A stretch of 64,000 nt of DNA from the NCBI GenBank assembly GCA_046703825.1, contig JBJKSO010000115.1, positions 1,890 to 65,889 of the forward strand, in the 5' to 3' direction. The position numbers were made by a program, and so were the translations under genes. Positions 48,296 through 57,638 of the stretch are shown here, in pieces (the first letter of the stretch is position 1; every line of letters begins with the position of its first letter). Source of the stretch: Candidatus Dormibacteria bacterium (GTDB lineage Bacteria; Chloroflexota; Dormibacteria; Aeolococcales; Bog-877). The notes below the pieces were generated by a model. The model saw nothing but the letters and a program-made list of their open reading frames with translations. It had not been told where the DNA came from and made no database searches.

Positions 48296-50829
48296 CCGCC
48301 CTGAAGATCCCGGAGCTCTGCGTCGTGGCGCTCGTAGGGGTGACCGGCTCGGGCAAGTCGACCTTCGCGGCCCGCCATTTCCTGCCAACCGAAGTCCTGT
48401 CCTCCGACTTCTGCCGAGGTCTGGTCGCCGACGAGGAGAACGACCAGACGGCCACGAATGCTGCCTTCGACGTGCTCTACTACATCGCCGGCAAGCGCCT
48501 CGAAGCAGGGCGACTGACCGTGGTGGACGCCACCAACGTGCAGGCCGAAGCCCGGCGATCCGTGGTCAACCTAGCCAGGGCGAACAACGTCCTGGCGGTG
48601 GCGATCGTGCTCGACGTGCCCGAAGAGGTATGCGCTGCTCGCAATGCATCGCGCTCCGACCGCCAATTCGGATCACACGTGCTGCGCAACCAGCGCAGCC
48701 AGCTCCGCCGCTCGATGCGGGGACTGCGCCGTGAAGGGTTCCACCGGGTGTACCACCTGAAGGACGAAGAAGAGATCGCCGCGGCCACCTTTGAGCGTGA
48801 GCCGCTCTGGAACGACCGACGGAGCGATCACGGGCCCTTCGACATCATCGGCGACGTACACGGATGCCACGAAGAGCTAACGGGGCTTCTCACCGCCCTC
48901 GGCTACGAGATCGACCCCGACGGGCCTTCGGCCCGTCACCCCCATGGCCGTCGGGCAGTCTTCCTTGGCGACCTGGTCGACCGAGGACCGGCGACGCCGG
49001 CCGTGCTGCGGCTTGTCATGGGCATGACCGGCGAGGGGAGCGCCCTGTGCATCCCCGGCAACCACGAGGTGAAGCTGCTTCGAGCGCTGAACGGCCGCAA
49101 CGTCACCACCGGTCATGGCCTCGCCCAGAGCCTCGAACAACTCGCCGCGGAACCGCCGGAGTTCTCTAAGCGGGTCGCCTCGTTCCTCGATGGTCTGATC
49201 AGTCACTTCGTGCTCGATGAGGGGCGACTCGTGGTAGCGCACGCCGGACTCCCAGCCAACATGCAAGGGCGCGCCTCCGCGACGGTCCGCTCGTTCGCTC
49301 TCTACGGCGACACGACGGGAGAGACCGACGAATACGGCCTGCCGGTGCGCTACCCGTGGGCAGAGGACTATCGAGGAGAGGCCACGGTCGTCTACGGCCA
49401 CACGCCCGTACCCGAAGCGGTCTGGCTGAACCGGACGATCTGCATCGATACCGGCTGCGTCTTCGGAGGCCAGCTCACGGCCCTGCGCTACCCCGAACGC
49501 GAGCTGGTCTCTGTGCCAGCGAAGGAGGTCTACTACGAGCCAGTCAGACCGCTCGCGTCGACTCCAGCCGATGAGGCACGCGAACCTGCCGACCTGGACC
49601 TCGATGACGTCCTCGGCAAGCGAATAATCGAGGCCCGCTTGGCCGGCACCGTCACGATCCGCGAGGAGAACGCCGCCGCTGCCCTCGAGGTCATGAGCCG
49701 GTTCGCCGTCGACCCACGATGGCTCGTCTATCTCCCTCCGACGATGTCCCCTACGGCGACCTCGGACCGGGAGGGGCTGCTCGAACATCCCCACGAGGCC
49801 TTCGCTGCCTTTCGGGCCGCCGGCGTTCGCACCGTGGTATGCGAGGAGAAACACATGGGGTCTCGAGCCGTCGTCGTAGCGTGCCGGGACGCCTCGGTCG
49901 CATCACGACGCTTCGGAATCGATGCGCCCTCAGGCGGCGTCGTGTTCACCCGGACCGGTCGCCCCTTCTTTGCCGACGCGGAGATGGAAGCCGCCTTCCT
50001 GGCCAAAGTGCGCGCCGCCGTATCGGTGACGGGTCTCTGGGAGGAGCTCGCCAGTGATTGGGTCGTGCTCGACTGCGAGCTTCTCCCATGGTCCGCCAAG
50101 GCGGAGGACCTCTTGCGTCAGCAGTACGCCGCAGTGGGCGCCGCCGCGAGGCGAGCGGTGCGCGCCGAGGACGCAGTCGTCCAAGCGGTAGCTGCACGGG
50201 GCGTTGACGTCGCCGATCTCACTGCCGAGATGGGCGAGCGCGCCGCCATGGTGGATGGATTCGTTACCGCATATGGGCACTACTGCTGGCCGGTTGAATC
50301 CGTTGACGACCTCAAACTCGCCCCATTCCAAGTCCTAGCCGGGGAAGGATCGGTCCACGCCCTCCGGGACCACCCGTGGCATCTGGAACTGCTCAGGCGC
50401 CTCGCTGATGCCGACCCGACGACGTTCCGGGCCACCAAAGCCATCACCGTGGAGGTGGAAGACAAGACCTCCTGCGAGGCTGGAACCGAGTGGTGGGAGG
50501 AGATGACCAGCCGGGGAGGCGAGGGCATGGTGGTGAAGCCGGTCGACGCCGTTCACCGTGGCCCCAAGGGCTTGGCGCAGCCCGGCATCAAAGTGCGCGG
50601 TCGGGAGTACCTCAGGATCATCTATGGCCCCGAGTACACGGCCGAACGACACCTGTCGCGTCTCCGCGCCCGTGGCCTCGGGCATAAGCGCTCCCTCGCC
50701 ATCCGCGAGTACTCCCTTGGCATCGAGGCGCTGGAACGGTTCGTCGCCGGAGAACCGCTCTACCGTGTGCATGAGTGCGTGTTCGGTGTTCTCGCCTTGG
50801 AGAGCGAGCCGGTCGACCCACGGCTATAG
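48292..50829 (+). CDS. pnkp: polynucleotide kinase-phosphatase Pnkp (kinase / metallophosphoesterase / ligase-like adenylyltransferase)
   Basis: P-loop GVTGSGKST; phosphoesterase motifs GDVHGC, GDLVDRGP, GNHE; C-terminal ligase-like domain around CEEKHMGSRAV. Confidence 0.85.
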   Translation: MTALKIPELCVVALVGVTGSGKSTFAARHFLPTEVLSSDFCRGLVADEENDQTATNAAFDVLYYIAGKRLEAGRLTVVDATNVQAEARRSVVNLARANNVLAVAIVLDVPEEVCAARNASRSDRQFGSHVLRNQRSQLRRSMRGLRREGFHRVYHLKDEEEIAAATFEREPLWNDRRSDHGPFDIIGDVHGCHEELTGLLTALGYEIDPDGPSARHPHGRRAVFLGDLVDRGPATPAVLRLVMGMTGEGSALCIPGNHEVKLLRALNGRNVTTGHGLAQSLEQLAAEPPEFSKRVASFLDGLISHFVLDEGRLVVAHAGLPANMQGRASATVRSFALYGDTTGETDEYGLPVRYPWAEDYRGEATVVYGHTPVPEAVWLNRTICIDTGCVFGGQLTALRYPERELVSVPAKEVYYEPVRPLASTPADEAREPADLDLDDVLGKRIIEARLAGTVTIREENAAAALEVMSRFAVDPRWLVYLPPTMSPTATSDREGLLEHPHEAFAAFRAAGVRTVVCEEKHMGSRAVVVACRDASVASRRFGIDAPSGGVVFTRTGRPFFADAEMEAAFLAKVRAAVSVTGLWEELASDWVVLDCELLPWSAKAEDLLRQQYAAVGAAARRAVRAEDAVVQAVAARGVDVADLTAEMGERAAMVDGFVTAYGHYCWPVESVDDLKLAPFQVLAGEGSVHALRDHPWHLELLRRLADADPTTFRATKAITVEVEDKTSCEAGTEWWEEMTSRGGEGMVVKPVDAVHRGPKGLAQPGIKVRGREYLRIIYGPEYTAERHLSRLRARGLGHKRSLAIREYSLGIEALERFVAGEPLYRVHECVFGVLALESEPVDPRL

Positions 50830-50990
50830 CTCGTCTTCGACCGCGGCCCCTGATCGGGTCACAAATTCCGCACGAGCTGGCCAATCTGCTCCCGCAACTG
50901 TCCCGGGTTCGAATAACGACAACTCAACACCACTTGACGTGGGCCCATACGAACCGGCTTCGGGCTTGAGGGATCGAGCTCCGATGCCGC

Positions 50991-51380
50991 TCAGCGCCCC
51001 CGTGGTTCGCTGCCGGCCCACAGGACGATCCGCCAGCCCGCGTCCGACCGGAGAAATACCGCGACCAATCGATAAGGCACTGGCATCGCTTCGCCCGGCT
51101 GGGTCACTTCACCCTCGGCAGCGAGCCACGCGACGTCGCCACGGATGCTGAGCTGCCGTTCAGGGAAGGTGAACCGATACCCCTCAGGTTTCGTATAGAG
51201 CCGATCGAGGAACGCGGCCACCTCATCGAGGCCGACGGCAGCCTCCCCGCTCTCCGAGCCCAGCACAGACACTTCGCGGTCGGTGGAAAAGCAGACCAGG
51301 GTCTGCGGGAGGTCACGGGCGGCAATCGCCGCGAGGACCGCATCCAAGACCTCCTCCGGGGCCCCCGGGTGGGCGCTCAT
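50991..51380 (-). CDS. SnoaL-like / NTF2-fold (DUF4440-like) protein
   Basis: 129-aa NTF2-like pattern; ATGA coupling to vapC upstream. Confidence 0.55.
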   Translation of the reverse strand: MSAHPGAPEEVLDAVLAAIAARDLPQTLVCFSTDREVSVLGSESGEAAVGLDEVAAFLDRLYTKPEGYRFTFPERQLSIRGDVAWLAAEGEVTQPGEAMPVPYRLVAVFLRSDAGWRIVLWAGSEPRGR

Positions 51381-51772
51381 CCAAGCGCCGATTGCAGCTC
51401 GGTGTGGCCGAAGTCGTCCCCCTTGAACAGCAACGGCTCCCCGGTAGCTCGCGACAATGCGTACGCGAAGCAATCGCCGAAGTTGAGCTGCGCCGGATGA
51501 CCGCTACCTTTCCCGAAGTCGCGGTAGGCGCGACGTGCGATCTCGGCGTGCTGCTGGGTCACCGGCTCAACATGAATCTGCGACGTGGAGAGCAGATCGT
51601 CGAGGTGGCGGCTGAGCACGGGGTCGCCGTTCAGATCGATGATGACGCCCGCCTCGATGTAGTTCCCGGCCGAGATCTTCGGTCCCACCGCTGCGGCAAG
51701 TGCAGCCACGTAGCGGTCCGCGTCGGGCTCGTCCCGCAATATGGCGACGAGGGCGGAGGTATCGACGATCAA
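51377..51772 (-). CDS. vapC: type II toxin VapC (PIN domain ribonuclease)
   Basis: MIVDTSALVAIL... with PIN acidic residues. Confidence 0.8.
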   Translation of the reverse strand: MIVDTSALVAILRDEPDADRYVAALAAAVGPKISAGNYIEAGVIIDLNGDPVLSRHLDDLLSTSQIHVEPVTQQHAEIARRAYRDFGKGSGHPAQLNFGDCFAYALSRATGEPLLFKGDDFGHTELQSALG

Positions 51773-52032
51773 CTGGGCAACCCATGTTCATCGTAGAGAA
51801 GGGCGCCGTGCTCGGCACTCCGGTACGGCTCGACCCACCTTCTGGCCGCGTCCTCACCGATCTCGCGGAGACGAGCGGCGCGCTCGCCGACTTCCGAATC
51901 CCGGCTACCCCGCACCCGATCGAGACGCTCTCGGAGGGCGACCGTCACGGCTCGGGTCAAGGTCTCACCGGTCGTGCCGGCGAGTACCCGAGCCAGGCGT
52001 TCCGCTTCCGCACTCTTGATGTTGAGGCTCAT
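51769..52032 (-). CDS. vapB: type II antitoxin VapB (ribbon-helix-helix type)
   Basis: 87 aa, MSLNIKSAEAERLARVLAG...; 4-nt overlap with vapC. Confidence 0.7.
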   Translation of the reverse strand: MSLNIKSAEAERLARVLAGTTGETLTRAVTVALRERLDRVRGSRDSEVGERAARLREIGEDAARRWVEPYRSAEHGALLYDEHGLPS

Positions 52033-52141
52033 GGAGGAAGTCTACCATAGCTAGGGTTCCATTCTACCAATCCGCGTGAGGGAGTGAAGATCCCGTGGCC
52101 GACGGCGCGCTTGCTGGATGGTGCTTCCCGCCACGCTCGTC

Positions 52142-52172
52142 CGGCGGTTCGTATCCGGAGGCATCACCTCCA
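52142..52172 (+). repeat. direct repeat copy 1 (GCGGTTCGTATCCGG-N-GGCATC-N-CCTCCA)
   Basis: 27 of 29 nt identical to the copy at about 53311-53339. Confidence 0.4.
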
Positions 52173-52559
52173 CCAACCAACCAGTCCGCCACCGCCGCCA
52201 GGGCCGCCGAGCTGCGGAAATGTCTTCTGGCAGCGGGGCGCGCATCAGCGCCAACTCGCCGAGTCGCTCGTCACGGGGGGCCGCGGTTCGCGCTCGTAAC
52301 CGGCGGGGAGCTGAGCCGCTCCATTACGCGGCGGATGGCGGTCCCGCCACCGAAGTTCTGCGGCGCAGTCGGACCTGATCGCTTATCTCATCGGAGCCGG
52401 CGCTGATCCGGACGCCTGGGACAAAAGCGGCGTCGCGAGCGACTGGATCCGCGACCTGTCGGGGACCCACTGAACAACTCATGGGCCACGGCGCCCGTCG
52501 CCTGGCCGGCAAGCCCTCGCCGGTCTGGTGTCTCGGCCGGCGCCCGGCACGGGCCAGGC

Positions 52560-52925
52560 TCAGCGGAGTTGACGCACCCTCCCCGCCGAGCCCCAACTCG
52601 CATCAGCCGTCCATACGTCGACGTCCAAACGCTCGCCGAGGGCAAGGCATAGCCGGTCGGCAAGGGACAAGCCTTCGCCTTTCCGCCACCGGCGGGCCGC
52701 CCATTCGGCGTCGCCCGCGACGACTGCTTCAATCGTGAGGTCGTAGCTGACTAGCAGTGCCCTCACCAGGTCCCAGTCCCGGCCCGCGGCGCGGATCTTC
52801 TGAGCAACCTCCGACCAGTTGGCGGCGCCACACGTGGCGCCACCAACTAGGACGCTCTCAACCTCGTTGCTGCCTTCCTCCCCCTGGGCGAAGGCAAGCA
52901 GGACTGAAGCGTCAACGACGCTCAC
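52560..52925 (-). CDS. vapC: type II toxin VapC (PIN domain)
   Basis: MSVVDASVLLAF...; 121 aa. Confidence 0.75.
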   Translation of the reverse strand: MSVVDASVLLAFAQGEEGSNEVESVLVGGATCGAANWSEVAQKIRAAGRDWDLVRALLVSYDLTIEAVVAGDAEWAARRWRKGEGLSLADRLCLALGERLDVDVWTADASWGSAGRVRQLR

Positions 52926-53167
52926 GCTGCATCCTCATTAGTTGCCGCCGCACGGCGCTCGGCGAGGAGCTCGCCGACAAGGTTGAGACCCGAGAGTTCC
53001 TCTCGCACGCGGTCGCGCAGTTGTCGCTGGGTCATCAGGACCATCCCCGACGGCGTCTCGAGCAGGACAAGCGTCGCGCCTGCGACGAGGCCCGCTCGCT
53101 GGCGCACCTCGGCTGGCACCACCAGCCGACCCCTGTCACCCACAACTACCTTGTGCGTACCACTCAT
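52922..53167 (-). CDS. vapB: type II antitoxin, AbrB/MazE/SpoVT-fold (VapB)
   Basis: MSGTHKVVVGDRGRLVVPAEVRQRAGL...; ATGA overlap with vapC. Confidence 0.7.
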   Translation of the reverse strand: MSGTHKVVVGDRGRLVVPAEVRQRAGLVAGATLVLLETPSGMVLMTQRQLRDRVREELSGLNLVGELLAERRAAATNEDAA

Positions 53168-53310
53168 GTGGCGATCGTACCACCTCGGTCCACCGAGTGG
53201 GCCGTCTGAGCCGGCGACCGGGCGAGCGCTGCTCGCCCGCACTGTCGGCGACGTGGGACCTTGGGTTTCCTGCGGAGGACCCGAACCCAGGGACCCGCGA
53301 TGCTTGGTAC

Positions 53311-53339
53311 GCGGTTCGTATCCGGCGGCATCCCCTCCA
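53311..53339 (+). repeat. direct repeat copy 2
   Basis: See copy 1. Confidence 0.4.
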
Positions 53340-53795
53340 GGGGCGACCAGCCCTTGTGCAGCCCCACCCAGAGGACGCAACGAGGCCACTACCGCCCGGC
53401 TGTTCACCGCGCGTGACGTGTACGCGGAGATGGTGTCCGCGGAAACCGGCTGGGCGGAGTCGACGGTGTTGAAGACGATGCAGCGGATGAAGTTGGCTCC
53501 AAAGCGTCCGCCGACGGTAAATCGGGAGCGGGCGGAGCCAGACGGGTTCCAGATCATCGATGACGAGTTCGCCGATCGCCACGCCACGCGCATCCGGCGA
53601 TTGAGGACCCCTTGACCCGCGTGGATCGGGCCCTTCGGTGGCGCATTCCGGGGCGCCGCTTCGCACTGGGGACCGCGGGGCCAGGGCTCTCCGAAGCGGC
53701 TCTTGTCACTCGGAACGACGCACTTCGCTTTGGGATGGCTCGGATCCGAAGCGAGTACTCGGAGACTCGCTAACCCGCTGGGACTGCGAGCGTGG

Positions 53796-54521
53796 CTAGT
53801 TCTGATCGCCGACAGCTGCTGCCGCCTCAGGTGTTTCTCTCCCTGCGGCCGGCGCGCGGGTCGGGTCTTGTCCGCGGTGGTTGGTCTCGAGCAGCAGAAG
53901 ATGGGTGACAGTCTCGGCCAGCCATCGCTCGTATTGCTCTGGGGTCCAGCCGTGGTGTTGGGTTAGGAGCGCGTAGAGATCTGGGTTGGCGAGCGCGGAG
54001 TAGGTTTCGGCAGCGTCAAGTGGGCCGATCCGCAGCGGTCCGTTGGCGGCGAGCAGGTCGACCATGGCGCGCTGCATGGCGCGCCGGCGGGTGTGGCTGG
54101 TCGTGATGAATTCGGCCAGATCGTCGCCAGCGCCGGCGTCGGCGATGATCTGGTGGATGGGAGCCGAGCGCTGGAGGGTGGCGCGGGAGAAGGCGGCGAG
54201 CATTCTCACCTGCGCGACTTGGTCGCTCTCCGCGCGTACTCCTCGGAGGGCGGGCAGGTTCAGAAACTGTTCCAGGAATGATGCCGGTCCGGGGATATCC
54301 ACGATGGACAGGTCGAGTGCGGCCCGCAGTAGCGCTCGCTTGGTGCCGTACCGCTTGTAGATCGTTTCGACCGACACGTCAGCGGCGTCGGCTACGGCCT
54401 CGACGGTGGTGGCCTGGTAGCCGCGGCTTGCGAACAGACGGCTCGCCTCCTGGGCGATCCGGCGGCGGGTGGCCTCTGCCCGCTGGGCTCGGCGCTGACG
54501 CGGGGCCTTGACTTCACTCAC
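53796..54521 (-). CDS. TetR/AcrR family transcriptional regulator
   Basis: HTH ...RRIAQEASRLFASRGYQATTVEAVADAADVSVETIYKRYGTK...; GTG 54521 proposed; the ORF could extend to 54638. Confidence 0.8.
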   Translation of the reverse strand: MSEVKAPRQRRAQRAEATRRRIAQEASRLFASRGYQATTVEAVADAADVSVETIYKRYGTKRALLRAALDLSIVDIPGPASFLEQFLNLPALRGVRAESDQVAQVRMLAAFSRATLQRSAPIHQIIADAGAGDDLAEFITTSHTRRRAMQRAMVDLLAANGPLRIGPLDAAETYSALANPDLYALLTQHHGWTPEQYERWLAETVTHLLLLETNHRGQDPTRAPAAGRETPEAAAAVGDQN

Positions 54522-54540
54522 CACCAGGAGTATACAGTCC

Positions 54541-54556
54541 ACTGTCTCAATACAGT
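54541..54556. promoter_or_regulatory. palindromic operator candidate ACTGTCTCAATACAGT next to a TATACT -10-like box just upstream of the tetR start
   Basis: Inverted repeat ACTGT-N6-ACAGT; a third ACTGTAT half-site overlaps the -10. Confidence 0.4.
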
Positions 54557-54686
54557 TACATGTAGTCACGGAGGTAGGTGCAACACCCATGACCTCGGCC
54601 ATCACGGGTGCCTCGTGTGTGGCTGCGGCAGCTACCACGCTTGTCCACGCGGCCGGCGCCCAGCCCGCTCGACTCGGTCGCTGACG

Positions 54687-56246
54687 ATGACGGCTAACCC
54701 TGCCAGCCCCGAGTCGGTGCAGGTGCTGATCGTTGGTGCCGGCCCGGCCGGCCTGACTGCCAGCCTGCTGCTGGCCCGCCGAGGGGTCCGATGCATGGTC
54801 GTCGAGCGGCGCCCACAGCCTTCGATCCTGCCGCGCGCCACCGGCGTCAACGTGCGCAGCATGGAGATCTACCGAACCCTCGGCTTGGAAGACAGGATCG
54901 ACGCCGTATCGATGCCGACCGCCGGCGTGCCTTTCGTGCTGGTGGGCGGAACACTCTCGGAGCCACCCACGGCGGCGATCGAGTCGAAGCAGTACGAGCC
55001 GCCGACGGCTGCGGACTGGCCGAGCCCGACTTATGCCCGCTGGTGCGCGCAGGACGAGCTGGAGGGCGTTCTGCTCGGCGCGCTTCGGTGCGAGGCGACA
55101 GCCGAGGTGCGCTTCGGAGTTGAACTGGTGTCGTTCGACCTGGGACCTGACGTAACCGCGCGCGTCCGCGACGTCAACAGCCGTCAGACCCAGACCGTGG
55201 TCGCCGACTATCTGCTGGGCGCGGACGGCGCCAGCAGCGCGGTCCGCGGCTCGCTAGGGATCGCCATGCACGGGCAGGCCGGGCTGTCGAATCACGTCAG
55301 CATCTTGTTCCGCGCCGACCTCGATGAGCATCTGGCAGGACGGCGCTTCTGCCTCCACCGGATCGAGAACGCCACCGTCACCGGCGTTATGCGTCCTGCT
55401 GGGGGATCCGGGCGCTGGCTGTTGACAGCGCCCGGGATTGGCGCACCGCCGGCACCCTGCTGCACCGAGCTTGTCCGAGCCGCCAGTGGCGTCGCGGATC
55501 TCGACGTTGACATCATCGCCACCGGCGCTTGGCAAGCCTCAGCCCAGGTCGCGGAGCGCTTCCGGGTCGGCCCGGTCTTCTTGGTCGGCGACGCTTCGCA
55601 CCAACACACCCCCGGAGGCGGGTTCGGCATGAACGCTGCCATCGCCGGAGCGCACAACCTGGCTTGGAAGCTGGCCGCGGTACTGGGCGGCTGGGCCGAC
55701 CCAGCGGTGCTCGACAGCTACGAGACCGAGCGGCGGCCCCTCGCCGAGCAGACTACCGCTCTCTCTGTTGGCATGCTACGGGCAGGCGGGCAATACTCAG
55801 CCAGGACCCTCGGCGTCGTGCTCGGCGCTCACTACAGCAACGGCGTCCTCGTTCCCGACGGCAGCTCACCTCAACCAGTCGACGACCCCATCGCCGACTA
55901 CCAACCCTGCTCCCGACCGGGTCACCGCACACCGCACGTGTGGCTCGACCCAGCCCGCACTCGATCGACCCTGGACTTGTTCGGAGCCGAGCTCGTCGTC
56001 TGTACCCCGGACCTTCACCGGTGGGACGCCGCGGTCGGCCGCCAAGCGGCCGCCGGCATCCCCATCCGAGCCGAGCTAATCAGCAGCGAAGCCGCTAGCA
56101 CCTACGCGCTGAACCCCGAAGGGGCCGTCCTGGTCCGTCCCGACGGCTACGTCGCCGCCCGCTGGGCGGACAAGCCAAGTGATCCCGCGATGCAACTCAG
56201 CACCACACTCGAGACCCTGCTCCAGCGTTCACCCCAACCGTGTTGA
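54687..56246 (+). CDS. FAD-dependent monooxygenase (aromatic-ring hydroxylase family)
   Basis: VQVLIVGAGPAGLTASLLLARRGVRCMVVER dinucleotide fold; GD motif LVGDASH. Confidence 0.85.
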   Translation: MTANPASPESVQVLIVGAGPAGLTASLLLARRGVRCMVVERRPQPSILPRATGVNVRSMEIYRTLGLEDRIDAVSMPTAGVPFVLVGGTLSEPPTAAIESKQYEPPTAADWPSPTYARWCAQDELEGVLLGALRCEATAEVRFGVELVSFDLGPDVTARVRDVNSRQTQTVVADYLLGADGASSAVRGSLGIAMHGQAGLSNHVSILFRADLDEHLAGRRFCLHRIENATVTGVMRPAGGSGRWLLTAPGIGAPPAPCCTELVRAASGVADLDVDIIATGAWQASAQVAERFRVGPVFLVGDASHQHTPGGGFGMNAAIAGAHNLAWKLAAVLGGWADPAVLDSYETERRPLAEQTTALSVGMLRAGGQYSARTLGVVLGAHYSNGVLVPDGSSPQPVDDPIADYQPCSRPGHRTPHVWLDPARTRSTLDLFGAELVVCTPDLHRWDAAVGRQAAAGIPIRAELISSEAASTYALNPEGAVLVRPDGYVAARWADKPSDPAMQLSTTLETLLQRSPQPC

Positions 56247-56317
56247 AGACCAATCACGGCACTTGTGCCCGTCGTGGCCCAGCCTCCTCAGACGCGAGGC
56301 GGGCCACCTTGCAATGG

Positions 56318-56755
56318 TCAGGACAGTTCGGCGAGCCCCTGCCTTACCCACTCCCGCAGCGGCGGCATCTCAGCGAACGGGGCACCGTCGGCGTCGGCCT
56401 GGCCCAGCACCTCCTCGGCCGAGGCCTTGGCCCTTAGGCCGGCGTACAGGTACACGAGGGCCGACGAACGCGGCCCGGTGCGGCAGGTCACCAGTGTCGG
56501 CCGCGGGAGTTGGTCGAGCGCTGCCACCCCGCGCCTGGCGACGTCAATGTCGAAGGGCCGGGGCGGGTCGGCGATGAGGTTGGCCGATACACGAACGGCG
56601 GCCTGGACATCGGCATAGGACATGCCGCTGTCCATCGAAGCCCACTCCTCGCCGCACAGATAGAGCCAGGACGCCGCGCCGGCGTCACTTGCGAACGCCT
56701 TGGGATCCGGGATCGGTCCTCGGTTGTGAGTCAGATCGGTCGGGCTGGAGAACAT
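56318..56755 (-). CDS. DUF442-type dual-specificity phosphatase-like protein (CX5R)
   Basis: LVTCRTGPRSS matches the C-x5-R P-loop. Confidence 0.5.
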   Translation of the reverse strand: MFSSPTDLTHNRGPIPDPKAFASDAGAASWLYLCGEEWASMDSGMSYADVQAAVRVSANLIADPPRPFDIDVARRGVAALDQLPRPTLVTCRTGPRSSALVYLYAGLRAKASAEEVLGQADADGAPFAEMPPLREWVRQGLAELS

Positions 56756-56856
56756 CGGTACTTAACCTCCTGTGTGGCGGTCTCTCTCCTACCTGGGATA
56801 GATAGAGAGGCAACCGGGCCGGCTTGCCCGAGAGTGGGCGCGCCGGCCCGACGTCT

Positions 56857-57513
56857 CTACCGCGGCTGCGGGACGATCCGGATGTACGGCTTGGGTTCCT
56901 TCCAGTCGCCGAAGATCTGGCGGGCCTCGTCGTTGGACACAGAACCGGTGATGATCACGTCCTCGCCCTGCTTCCAGTTGACCGGCGTGGCCACGCGGTG
57001 CTTGGCGGTCAGCTGCAGGGAGTCGAGCACCCGGAGGACCTCGTCGAAGTTGCGGCCGGTGCTCATGGGATAGACGAGGATCAGCTTGACCTTCTTGTCC
57101 GGGCCGATGACGAACACGTTGCGCACTGTCTGGTTGTCGTTTGCGGTGCGGGTCTTGGCTTCACCGCCGGTGCTGGCCGGCAGCATCCCGTACAGCTTGG
57201 AAACGTTGAAGTCGTGGTCGCCAATGATCGGGTAGGCCGGCCGGGACCCCTGAGTCTCCTCGATGTCGTCCGCCCACCGCTCGTGATCGTCGGTGGCGTC
57301 GACGGACAGACCGATGATCTTCGCATTGCGGCGCTCGAACTCCGGCTGCAGCTTGGCCATGTACCCGAGCTCGGTGGTGCACACCGGCGTGAAGTCCTTG
57401 GGGTGGGAGAAGAGGATGGCCCACGAATCGCCAATCCAGTCATGGAACCTGATCCGGCCCTGCGTCGTGTCGGCCTCGAAGTCGGGTGCCGTGTCGTTGA
57501 TTGAAAGACCCAT
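56857..57513 (-). CDS. 1-Cys peroxiredoxin (Prx6 type)
   Basis: FTPVCTTE peroxidatic Cys motif; 218 aa; GGAGGG RBS. Confidence 0.85.
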   Translation of the reverse strand: MGLSINDTAPDFEADTTQGRIRFHDWIGDSWAILFSHPKDFTPVCTTELGYMAKLQPEFERRNAKIIGLSVDATDDHERWADDIEETQGSRPAYPIIGDHDFNVSKLYGMLPASTGGEAKTRTANDNQTVRNVFVIGPDKKVKLILVYPMSTGRNFDEVLRVLDSLQLTAKHRVATPVNWKQGEDVIITGSVSNDEARQIFGDWKEPKPYIRIVPQPR

Positions 57514-57638
57514 GCTGTTTGTCCCTCCGTAGTGTTGGGCTTTTTTGCCCTGTTTGTCGCTGCGCCCTTGCAGCTCTTCGGCAAAGGTAAAGTGGCCCCG
57601 TTCCCTGCGCGTTCCCGGGCCGCGGATCGGGCGGCACC

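Larger units (their letters stand above)
42623..53600. mobile_element. putative degraded integrated element (integrated plasmid/ICE-like) at the 3' side of tRNA-Ala; right boundary not defined
   Basis: Recombinase next to and overlapping the tRNA; two replication-relaxation genes; iteron-like repeats; Pnkp/Hen1 and VapBC cargo; pseudogenised components. Confidence 0.35.

Noticed and set aside
48292-50829. Pnkp ligase motif I reading K-H-M-G instead of the textbook K-x-D-G
   Set aside because: I could not recall with certainty what the characterised Pnkp ligase domain has at this position. Not reported as an anomaly.
52130-52175. The repeat GGTTCGTATCCGG... as a tRNA 3' fragment or att site
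   Set aside because: It resembles a T-loop (GGTTCG.ATCC). Neither copy forms a 5-bp T stem or acceptor stem, and neither matches the 3' end of the tRNA-Ala at 42664. Kept only as a direct repeat.
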